Position numbers and translations under genes: made by a program. DNA of 64,000 bases from NCBI GenBank assembly GCA_039621445.1, contig CP154954.1, positions 33,457,455-33,521,454 of the forward strand. Reading direction: 5' to 3'. Positions 12,771 through 24,700 of the stretch are shown one piece after another. Numbering within the stretch: position 1 is the first letter of the stretch; each line of letters starts with the position of its first letter. The DNA comes from Euglena gracilis (Eukaryota). Below the pieces are notes generated by a model. That model had not been told where the DNA came from. It saw nothing but the letters and a program-made list of their open reading frames with translations, and searched no databases.

Positions 12771-15700
12771 ACACACGCGCGCGCACACACACCTGAGGCA
12801 CGCCGCCAGCACCGCACCGTTTTGTCGTACGACGAGGACAGGATGACGCCGCCATCGGCTGACATTGCCACTCCGCTGATCATCCATGTGTGCCCCTCCA
12901 GGGTGCCCACCAAGCGTCCTGACGAGGTGAATGAAGATGGCACACAAAGGGGGAGGCCTTTCGGCTACGCTTGTGGGCGGGACACCCCCCAACCAACCTA
13001 CAGCTGCAGCACCTCTCAGAACCGGAGAAAACGGAAGGAGGACTGGGCAGATGGGGGGAGGGGTTGGCAACAAGGTTCTTCAAAATATGCAATGCAACCT
13101 AAACCTAGTGCGATGGGCGCCCCTGACTCTGTGTAAACGGGGTAAATTGATTGCAGAAGGTTCCTTTCAAATGGGAGAGGCACACTCATCCCCCAACAAA
13201 AAACCTCGTCTCTGCCTTCTGGTGCCCAAGTAATAAACCGGGCGTTTTCATTTGAGGTCCCATTCTACGTGTGCGCCAAAATAAAGGTTAAAAAAATTTT
13301 TTTAGCCCCACTTCTAACTTTCTGGCGTTAGTAACTGCCCACCTGTTAAATGCACTGGTGTGCACTTTTTAGGAAGCAAAATTTTGGCCCCTCGGGGGTA
13401 CGCACTTATTAAGACAGTGCAAATTGCCAAATTAATTACGACAAAACTGCCAAAAATTGAACAATCCACCAACCTGAGCAACAAGCGAGTTAATTTGGAG
13501 CAAAAACAACCAGAATTGGAAAAAATGCAGCTGGGGGGGACTTTTTAGGGAGAAGGTTTCACATCGCCAGGGGTGCGCATCGTTGGGGGGTGTACATTAT
13601 TAGGGTGTGCAACTGCCGGGGGCCAACAAATACCACAGGGTTATTGCCGCAGCGACATTACTGCGGGTTGCGAAAGCTTTTGTGATCCTAACTGCCGCTG
13701 AAGCGAAATGCCGCCGAGCAATACACTGTGCTAAAAAATACAACACAAAGCGGTAATTACCCACCCGTTGTATTTGTTGGCCCCCGGTAGGACGGTGTGC
13801 CTTTTATTGGGGGTGGGGTTGGGATTTGATTTTGCTTGGTCGGCCGAAGGGAGGTTTTTCGTTCAAAGAATTATTGGTCAAAATCAGACAAGACAATATG
13901 ACCCAAAAATCCCACCCTATAATATGATTTTGGAAAATTCGTCAAAAAATGCCATTTTTCAGGACATTTTGATCCAAACAATCAGGTTTCTTTGGGGAGT
14001 TTTGCATGCAATTTTCCCCAAACGCCCTCATATGAGTTGGTTAACAGGTGTTTCTTTGGATGGTCGGTCCTGGAATAATTTAATGGGTACTGTGGAGAGA
14101 AGGTGCCAAGTCGTCATCCCAATGTGGTTTCTGGTTTGAAACAAGCCTCCAATTCCTTCTTATTGTAAAATTTTTGACGCAATCTTTTGGTGCAAAAATC
14201 TAACCCATGAAATTTGTTTACCAAGGAATGGGCAGTGCCATAATCCTTGATGGTAATATAATGAAGACAATCAAAAATTTCTTAGTTCCAAATCTTTCCA
14301 CACTAAAAAGAAAGCACTGAGCGCAATATTTTGCATTTTTATTTATTCACAACCTTTAAAATTTACACATTCACAAACATTCACTTATGATCTTGTTCCC
14401 AGCAGCAGGAATTGGTCCTGTGTCCTCCCCCCGCGGGTGGGGGGGAACTGGCAACCTCCCCCACATCTTCCTGATTGAGATTGCAGCCGCAGTGGGGGGC
14501 AAGGCACCTGTCTCCCCGGACCACAGGCGGATGGTGCGGTCCAGGGAGGCGGAGGCCAGGACGGAGCCGTCGTCCGCCATGGCCACCGCGGTGATGCGGT
14601 CGCCGTGGGCCCGGAAGATGTGCGCCTTCTCCCCTCCCTTCTCCCCTGGGGCAGAGAAGCTGGGCGAGGGCCAGACTAGAGAAGCCTGGGGGGGGGTCGA
14701 CCCTCACCGGTGCGCCCAGCTACGTGGCACCGTGCCAGGAAAATTTCCTTTGGCGCCTTTGTTGGCAGAGGAAAACGTTTTGACCTAAAATCAGCTTCCT
14801 TGGAAAATGAAGACGAGGTGGGGGGGGTTGGCAGGGCTGCGTGGGAAGGCCTGGCGTGGGGGGGGGTCGACCCCCACCCGGGGGGTGAGGGGGGTGGACA
14901 CCCCCCACCCACCATGTCACCCGCTCAAAGACATTCGGCACCTTTGGAGCTGAAGGAAATTTCGACCTGAAAATCGGTGCCCCCGGAAATACGGGAAGGC
15001 CTGGTGGGGGCAGGGAACTTCTTTCGGACCCCCCCCCCCCAGCCAGGGGGTCCAGCCTGCGGCTGGCAAAAAGGCTGCTGGCTGGACCCCCCCCCCCGGC
15101 CGGGGGGATAGGGGGGGAGGGAGGGTCCGGGGCTGGAGGGGGCTGGGCTGGGCTGGGTCGATGAAAAACAAAATTATCTGAAACATTTTGCCATTTTCGA
15201 CATTTTGATGGATGGAGGTAGATCAGGGCTGGGGGGCTGTGATGGAGGAAGCTGCGATGAGGGGGAAAATTACATGCATAGGTGAGCTGGGCAGCCCAGT
15301 TGGCTGGCCAGCCTGCGGCTGGCTGGTCCGGCCTTCGGAGGCCGGGCTGGACCCAACTTTATTTCACTCGACCCCCCGGGGGGGCTCCCAGCCCAAATTT
15401 GGGCTGCTGGCTGGATTTGAGCTGCTGGCTGGCTGGACCCCCCCCCCCGGGGATGGGGTACCCTCCGGCTTAAGAAATCCCCTGTCGTCCCCCACCCACC
15501 AGGATGGGGGGACCACCCATAGGGTTGCAGGATTCTCGTGCAGCCCTGGAGTCGGACATCCACCTCTACCTTTCTCCCCATTACTGAGATGAGGTTTGAC
15601 CCCACCCACCCACCCACCCACCCACCCACCCACCCACCCACCCACCCACCCACCACGAATTCTTTTAGGGGGGTTCTCATCCAGTTCTAGCTTAATCCTG

Positions 15701-18700
15701 CAATGTTTCCAGCCTATTTTGAAAGGAAAACACCAAGAAAGCAGAGCATGCCATTTTCTGGCAGTTTTTTTAAAAAAAATATTTTTTTTTGATCTTTTTT
15801 CATTGCAGTGCAGATGGGAGGTTTGGTGCTTTTATCAGGTGTTTTATTTCCAATGCGTGTAACAACATCGCTGAGATGTATTTTTCACCAGTGGGCAACA
15901 CAAAACCCAATCAGTGGGTAATGCAACAAAAATAAAACAATTGGTCCACATAAATTGAAAAATCACAATAATCGACGAAATTGTAGCAGAATGGACGTTG
16001 GATAGAGCATTTTTTTTTGCGCAAAAAAAAACACACAAAAATGCACTTTTGGCGAATATTGACGTTGAATTTTTTGCCAAATTATCACCCCCCAGCCATT
16101 GGGCTCCAGGAGTCCAATTGATAAGCAGTGGGGGTTCATAATTAGGGGAAGGGCGGGGAGGTACCCTGGTGGAGCGGCCAGATGGCGAGCTGGCCGTCGT
16201 CCGCCCCGGCCACCAGCAGGCTGCCCTTCTTGGCCAGCGCCACACCGCTCACCCGCTCCGCCATCGGGCCCAGCGCAGGCCGAAGCAGCTTTCCTGTGGA
16301 GGAAAGCTCGCTGCTTAAGGCACAAGGCGGCGGCAGGCGGGGGGGGGGCTTTTCAGAATGCAGGAAGCTGCAAAGACCCCCACGTAAGGAGCCCGCAGGT
16401 TTCATTTGGGGTTGCACCGCAAATGATGTGTGTGGCTTGGATGGGCTCCCTTTCTGTGTTGAGCTGCACTTCAATTGGGTGTGGGCCGGCCACCTTCTGT
16501 TTCCCTCGGTTTTTTTGTTCTTCATTCCCACTCTGTTCTGGGGGATTTCCAACACTCCTCTGGGAAATCTGGACCAAAATATCATCTTCTGGTGCCATGG
16601 AACTTGTCCAAGTCAGTGCGGGAGTGTACACGTGGACGTCTGCATGTACTCTGGGGGTGTACACGTGCTCACTAGCAACGTGCGTGGCGTGCGTGCGTGA
16701 TCGTATTTCTGTCTGTTTCGACATTTCAGATGCAATCAACGACATTTCAGATGCACGCCCCTTGTTCGATGCTCTTTCCATCAGATATCCAATGGGGGTT
16801 GACCACCCTTTCAGTACAGCAGGGGGGGGGGGATCCCCCCATGCTGGTACAATTGTCGCCAAAGAGGCCATTTTGGGCACTTGGGCAAAAAACTTGTCAA
16901 ATATGCAAAAAATTGGTGAAAGTGGAGGAAGGAAAAATGTGGTTTTGGGGGGGTCCCGGGTACCCCCAGGTGGGGGGTGGTCTGGTCCGGGGGGGGGGGG
17001 GGCTCTGACCCGTACACCCTCCCTCCGTCGAACCCTGCCCCTGGGGGGTTTTCTGTTTAAAAAATTTAAAAAATTTAGGAGAGCCTGATGTGCACCATTC
17101 AATCCAGGAGGACTTATCATTCTGGGTCCAAAATACCGATTCTTGCGGAACTTTGAGCCTGAGGCCATTGCCAGAAAGTTTGAAAGTTCTCAAGACAGCC
17201 GCCCTCCTGAGCTGCACACCGGTGGAGGCCTTCCAGACCCGCACGTCGCCCTGCATTGTGGCGGAGGCCACCGTCTCTCCGTCGCCGGACAGCGCCACGG
17301 CTGTTACAAAGCTGGCGTGGCTGTGGCTGGAGACAGCTTGACCTGTGGGGGCATCGGCAGGGTGGCGGGGCGGGGGGGGGGGCTTCATGCCTGGGCTGAA
17401 GAAACAAACAAACGGGAGCCGGCTGTTTGCGTATGGCGTTTCGTTTCCCCACCAATTTCTTCCTCCACTTTTAAAGAAACGGGTCGGCTGTCTTTTGCAC
17501 GTGTCGAGAAAGACGACTTGGCTTGGCGAACAGACTTGGTTCTTGGTGTTTGAGTTGTCGAGGGCTTTCCCCAACATCATTTAAAGCCCCAGGGGGAGGG
17601 GAGTGCTGGGCAGACGCCGAAGGAAAATTTTGACCTAGAAATCGGCGCTTCCTGTGGAGTGCCTGGTGGGGGGGCCCACCAGACGGGGGGGGGTCGACCC
17701 CCCCCACCACCCATAGGGTTGCAGGGATTCCCGTACAGCCCTGGCCCCCGCTGAATCTGCAACGAAATGCCCCAAACAGAAACAGACAACGCGAGCAACT
17801 GTGCTGCCATTGAGGATCAGATATGGATCACTCCTGCCAGACATGAAGCACCATGATAACCTGCCCGCATTGTACGAAATAGGGGCTGGCTGCAGCAGCC
17901 CCCAAGGGGGGGGCTTAAAACCTTAAAGAGAGGTGTAGTGTGTCCAACCATGTTGGCTGGCCAGCGTTGCCCCCCATGCCTGTGGCGGTCCGCCAGATGG
18001 ACACGGTCAAGTCCTCGGAGGCAGTCGCGGCGACGCGACCATCGTGGGAGATGGCGACCGCCAACACGGACAACTTGTGCCGCAGCACCGCCTGCAGCGC
18101 CCCTGCATGCACCGCCGGAGAAGCGGGCAACACAACCGCCGCCCCGGGGCATCAGCAGGTGAACACCACGTTAGTGGAGGAGGATGAAGGATGGAGTGCG
18201 ACATGCTGCAGGGGGGAGGGCCAATTGGAATCGGGGAAAATTTGCAATTTTAGTACAGAACTGCATTGTTGAGTATAAAACTTTGACAAAAGCAGGAAAA
18301 TCCTCCACTGTGGGCAAAACCTTTTGGCAAAGCGTCTGCATTTGCTGCAAAAAAGGTTGATCATGATTTCACGTCGGAGAAAAAAAAGTAATCCCTGTGA
18401 TAACAAGCCAGGCCGCTGACACTTGGTTTCACCAGATATGTCTCGAGGTATATGAAACCTATTAAATGAATAAAAAGATGGATAAAACAGATGTTTGAGA
18501 GCATCCCAAATATGTGTCAAAGTGCATCCCAAAAACCATATAGCCCCCCCTGAATTTGCATCGAAAACCTGAGGAGGAGGATTTCTTTCGATTTGGTCCC
18601 TACTTTAGGACTTCCTTTCTGAGGCGGTTTCCAGAGGTTGCCGACATGGGGTTGACCTGCTCATCTGGGACAAGCCCCATGCCGGCAAGGACCCAGCTCG

Positions 18701-21700
18701 AATCAAACCCAACCCCAGGGTCCGGGGCACACCGGTGGCCACCACCCACACGCGAGCCTCGTAGTCGTGGGAGCCGCTGACCACGAGGGAGGCGTCCCGC
18801 GCCAGCGCCACGGAGCTGATGGTGGCGGCGTGCCCCTCCAGCGCGTGCAGCACCTCCCCTGCGGTATGGGATGGGGGGGGTCCCATGTGTGGAGGCTCTC
18901 CCCCTGCTGCTGGGGTGTCAGGCTGGCATCTGAGTTCCATGTGGCGGCCTCAGGCACGAGTGCGGCGGAGGAGCGGTGGACGGGAGAGGGGGTGGACCTC
19001 GGGGGACGTCCCACAGGTAGACCTTCCGGTCGTCGGAGGCTGAGGCTGCCACCGTGGGAGGCAGCGCCGCGTGGGCAGGCGGTCATCAGCGCTGGGGGGG
19101 GGGGGGGCTTGAATGCCGAAGGTTGAGAGTTCAGTGCGAAAGAAAACCTCCGGGGAAAAGATACGGCACGTGTGCGATTAGGATCCAGATGTTTAAGGGG
19201 TACAATAAATTAATAAAACACAACTTCTCAAAAGAATTGTGTTAAACGTGAGGTTGAGGAGTCGTTGGCCAGAGAAATTCTGTCCCCAATATCACTCTCG
19301 GAGGTTTTTGTTAGGACCTCCCAGGGTTTTCATTGGTTTCATTTGGTAAACCGACTGAGAATGCCCTGCAACACCAATAACTTCAAATTGAACCTAGAAA
19401 CAACTTTGGCAGAATCCAGCCACATGCACCATACGAAGCGAGAACCACGGAGGTCTAGAGTTATAGCTCTAGGTGTAAAGCGTTGCAGATGATTGCCCAA
19501 AAACGGATGTGCTATTCTGTCTCAGCGTTTTGGTGCCAAATTTTCCTGCGGGTGTTATTTGGTGATCGCATTGGGGACTCCTGCAAAATCGTTGTACGAA
19601 CCCCTTGGCGGTTGCATTGGAGCCGATATGCCCCCAGGGTGTGTGTATCGTGTGTGTATCAGCAGGCATCATTGTTTTTAAGACGCCTTAAAAGCCTTAC
19701 AAACTTTAAATAAAAAAAAAAACTCTCTCAAAATTCACCAAGCAAAATCGAACTCGCAAAATCTCGGTAAAAAAAGCCAACTCCAGGAAAAAATTATTTC
19801 TGGCATCGCTGGAACATTTCCATCCATCCAGACTCAAAAAATGTTTTTTTGACTTTTTTTGATTTCGGACCCTGTTCGATGCTCGGACGGTCCTTGGACC
19901 TGCCTTGGAAAACCTTAAAAACCACAAAAGACTTTAAAAACAAAAAAAATTGTGAAAATTTCCGCCTTACAAATAAACCCCCCCACTTATAAACCTCCGG
20001 GGTTTATAGGATCCGGTTTGGTTGGTCGGCCGAAGGGGGGGGGTTATAAGTGGGGGGGGGAGGTTATAGGATCCGAAATTGTTGGTGAGAATCCGATCCC
20101 CCCAAAATGACCCTGAAACCCCCCAAAGTTGGCAGTTTTTGGAAAATTTGGTCAGAAATGTAATTCTTGACGATGGTCGGTCTCAAAAAATTGCCAAAAA
20201 ATCAGTTTTTGGGTGGTTTGCGGCTGAAAAAATCGTCCCCGGCAGTTTCCATTATTCTTCCCCAGGGGTGGGGTTATATGATCTGGTTTGGTTGGTCGGC
20301 CCGAGGGGGGGTTTATAGGTGATAGGGGTCGCTGAGCTCTCATCCCTTTAGGGTAAGAGCGAAGCCCACCCCTGGCGAAACCCCCCCTCGACCGCCCCCC
20401 CCCCCCCGGGTCGGGGCCACCGGGAGAACCAACGGATTATCACCATGATCCCGGCCCGGTTCCCAGATTTTTTTTTTCCAGTCGCGAGCGAGTGTATTTC
20501 GGTTTCCGAATCACCTGGGTTTGACCCCCAACTCCCCGCCAGGCCCAAGTTATTCACGCGCGAAGGAGTCCAAACTGGGTAGGATCGACCCCCCCCCTTT
20601 TTAAGCCCCCCACCCCTTTGGACTCTGCCATTTCGGCCAAAAAAAATGTCAATTTTCAAAATATCTCCAAAATGAAGCCAAATCAAAAGAAATGTCCGGA
20701 AACCTAAATTGAAGCCCTATCTACTGGCATTTGATTTTCCCGGAACTCCCTGCCTAGACCGAGATACGGCCGTTTTTTTCAGCCCAGATGGCCGTTTTGT
20801 ACACCTTTCCCATTGTCCGACTTAGCCGTTTTCGGGGGGTGGAGGGTCAAAAAATCAACGTTTTCAAAATTTCTCGAAAATGATGCAAAATCAAAGGAAA
20901 TGTCCGGATACCTAATTGAAGCCCCTATTATGCCCTATCTACCGGTATTTTGATTTCCCCACAACTCCCCGCCTAGCCCGAGATACACGGCCGTTTTTCG
21001 GCCAATTTGGGACATTTTGTAAACTTTTTCCACTGTCAGCCGTTTTCGGCCAAAAAATCGAATAAATCGAAAAAAAATCGAATTTTTTTTTGCTCAAAAC
21101 CATGTTTTTTGGCCTCCCGGACCTGGAAAAAGTGTTTTCGGGCCGACAACGAGCGTTTTTCGACCCCCGCCCCCCGTTTTGGGCCCGAAACCAATGGACC
21201 TTGGGTCAATTTGGGGTCAAAAAAGTCGAGAAAAATCGAATTTTTTTTGCCCGAAACAATGTTTTTTGGCCTCCCGGACCCGGAAAACCTGTCTTTGAGC
21301 CGAAAACGAGCGTTTTTCGACCCGCCTGCCCCCATTTTGGGCCGCCAACCCATTGACCTTGGGTCATTTTCGGGTCAAAAAGGTCGAAAAAAATCGAAAA
21401 TTTTTTTTTGCCCGAAACGATGTTTTTGGGCCTCCCGGGCCCGGAAAAGGTGTTTTTTGAGCCGAAAATGAGCGTTTTTCGACCCCCCGCCCCCCCCGTT
21501 TTGGGCACAAAACCCTTGCATTTCAGTCCAAAGAGCTCCATGGAGTGGGCCGGTTTATATGGAGGGGTCAATGAAGGGGTGGGGGCGCGCTTATTAAGAG
21601 CTCAGCACTATTCAAAATCTGGTTTATAAGTGGGGGGTTTATAAGTGGGGGGTGGGGTTTAACGCCTGTGTATTAGCAGTGATTTCGCTGTAGGGGTGTG

Positions 21701-24700
21701 CTCCACACATGTACGACGCGGCGGCCGATGCTTCCAACCACGGCGCCACAGGCGCCCACACGCCGCTGGGCCCCTCCTTGGCCAGGGCGACACAGGTGAC
21801 GATGCTGACATGCCCGCGCTTGGTCCGCACTGGAGGCCCTGGGAGAATGAAAGCCACAGAAAGACCCGCCCCACAGGTCCCCGGGCGATTATTTTGATTT
21901 GCTGAATTTTCCGGGCTGGCTTTGGTGTGGCTCCATCTTTTGGGTCGGTCGATCTTTGGCCCCTGCGGAAATTCTGCAAAGATTGAAACCTGGCATTTTT
22001 TACCAGGTTTGACCGAGGAAACCTGGTGAAACACATACAAAATAATCAAAAAACCCTCGGCCAAAATCCCATGCAGGGGGGAGGGCTGTACGGGAAGGCC
22101 TGTTGGGGTGGGTCGACCCCCCCCCATCCGCCAAGGCACCACCAAAGCAAACTTTCGACCTAAATATCAGTGCCTCCGGAAATTCAGGAAGGAGCCCCCC
22201 CCACCAGGATGGGGGGTGGGGGGGGTGGTCGACCCCCCCCCATCGCCCACAGGGTTGTGGGGTTCCCATACACCCCTGAGGGGAATGATGTCGGAGGCCT
22301 TTAGAAATATTGCGGAAAATTGCAGAAAAATTGCAGAAATTGTGGAAATATTGCAGAAAAATTACGGAAATTGCGGCCTTGGAAAAGTCACTTCGGCTGG
22401 TGGACACTTGGAAAAATCCACAATTATTGCCATTTTGCAACATTGGTTCATATTTTGAGCTGTTATCCACACTTCTTCCAACAAAAAAAATTACACATGA
22501 TTTTGTAATTTTGGGAACACGATGATTTTAGAAATATAAAATTTGTTTGCTGAAAAATCTGAAAATGACAAAAAATTGACGAAAAATTTGGTTTCAAGGT
22601 AAAATCTGGTCCAGGATGCGGCATTATTCGCAGAGTGGAAAAAATATTTCCCAGCAGAAAATGGGGGAAACCTTTAAAAGAGAACGAGAAGTTGCGAAAT
22701 TTTGCCCATCTGTACAAATTTGGCGAATTTTGGCAAACTTGCAAAGGTGGCAAGAAAGCACCCGGGTTCCCTTGGGAAACATTCAAGGGATGGCCGGAAC
22801 TCAGCTCGCCTTCCATTTCAGGTTCATGCTGAAAAAAATTGCGGAAAAATTGCAGAAAAATTGTGGAAAAAAAAAGTTGTTAAGGGCTATTAATTTCCCC
22901 CCTGCCCAAGCAAGAGGGTTCTATTTGTGTGGTTGACTTTGATGTCTTTCTTCTTTTTGCAGAAAATCAGTGGGAAGATCGACAATCACCAGCTGTCTCA
23001 AATTGGCGGAAACTTGAAACGTGCCGTTCTGAAAAAATATACAAAAAAACCAATTCTTTCGAAGAACTGTGGCAGCGGCGACTACCGTGGGAGGTTGAGG
23101 GGATGAGGAGGAGAGGGCCCACCTTGGTTGAGCCGCCACAGGCAGACGCCCGTGTCCTGCGCCACCGACACCGCTGCGCTGCCGTCGCACGCCAGCGCCA
23201 CGCCCAGCACCGGCTGACTGTGCTCCCGCAGGCTGCTGAGGAACTTCCCTGCGGTGGGGGGGGGTGGAGTGCAGGTCAACCCTCGTCGAGGTTCGTGCAC
23301 AGGGGTTCCAGTTCTGCTCAATAATTGGCTGGAGGTTCGGCAGAAAAACGCTCTTTGAGGGCCCCACTTCCCTCTCAACCAGGAGCCAGCCGCCCAGGGG
23401 GGGGGGGGGTTGTCCAGGGGGGACCAAACTTTGGGGTGGGGGTCATTCTGGGGGAAAACCTTGGTGCTTTGTGTCCAAAAAACATCGGCAACGTTCTGTC
23501 AGAAAACGGGCCTGGGTTTGACCATTCATTACAACCATTCCCAAATGGAAGAACAAGCCATTGAATCTTTGGCAAGGTGGGTCGTCTGCGTTGAACCCCC
23601 CGAAATCCTTCGGAGTGCGGCCAGAAATGCGAGTCGGGGGACCGCGGGCGCCTTCGCGTGACCACCGCCACGAGGGGAGGGCAGGCCATTGGGGCGGGCG
23701 GGGACCGGTGATGCGCTGCCAGATGCGGACCTCCCCGCCGTCGTCCCCGGAGGCGATGGTGCCGGAGTCGCTGGACAGCGCCACACTGCGGACCGGGCGG
23801 CTGTGCCCCTCCAGCTTGTAGAGGAGCTGCCCTGCATGGCAAGCGGGGGGGGGGGAAGCGTCCCTATTTCATTTTTTATCCCACCCAACAAATGAGCAGG
23901 TTTGGCTACCCCCCCCCCCCCGCAGGAAACTGTCTCTAGACAAATCAGCGAGCACAGAGGTAGGAGACACGTCCCAAAGGGTCGGGTTAGCGAGCACGGG
24001 ACCCGAGGATAATTTCCTGGGCGGGTTGGGTCAGGGGAAAACTGGCGTTTTCGACCCCCAGCTGACACATGAATTGATCAGAAGCCTGAATGAAAAATTT
24101 CAAACACAAAAAACAGCTTGCAAAATGCAAACATTCTCAAAAATATGGTTGGGAGACAGGTCTACAGGTTGGAGGGGATGGGTTGCCCAGCCATCCACCC
24201 AGGGGCTGGGCACCTGAAAAAATGAAAATGCAAAAAAATGCAAAAAATGCCAGTTTCCCAAAAATTTTCATTATGCAAAAAAAAACAAAATATGCAACTT
24301 GAGTGTTTTTTTCCAACCATTTGGGGTGTTGGGGGGCCTGATGGTGGGTGGGCACAGAGGCCCGCTGGTTGTTTAGGGGTGGGGGCTTATAATGTGAGCC
24401 GTGCATTTCAATTTCAGAATCAAACAAACAACAGATGGAGCAGTTCGGCAGAGTGCATCGTCCAGATTTGCAGGCTGTTGGACGCAGTCCTGTTGAACAC
24501 TTGGAAGGGGGGGCAGCCGACGGCCGCACCCTTTGGCATGCTCCACAGGCAGATGGCGGCGTCCTCCGCCCCGGACACCACAAAGGTGCCGCTGGTGGAC
24601 ATGGCGATGCTGGTCAGCGTCTCGGAGTGGGTCTTCATCGTACAGATCAGCCGCCCTGCGGAGTGAGGCGGATGGAGGGACGTTGGGGGGGGGGGAGGTC

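Noticed and set aside
12220-13136. Long VC/HT-rich ORFs (also at 51327-51832)
   Set aside because: Translations of (CA)n microsatellites; only 12918-12793 and possibly 51757-51685 look coding.
15011-15484. Another CAGG...CCTG element with an 8-bp TSD
   Set aside because: TIR-like ends are present but the flanks (ggtggggg vs tcgtcccc) do not match, so it was not counted.
21700-21838. Decayed/pseudo WD40 exon
   Set aside because: The missing half of the repeat is at 19056-18998, joined through a nonconventional intron.
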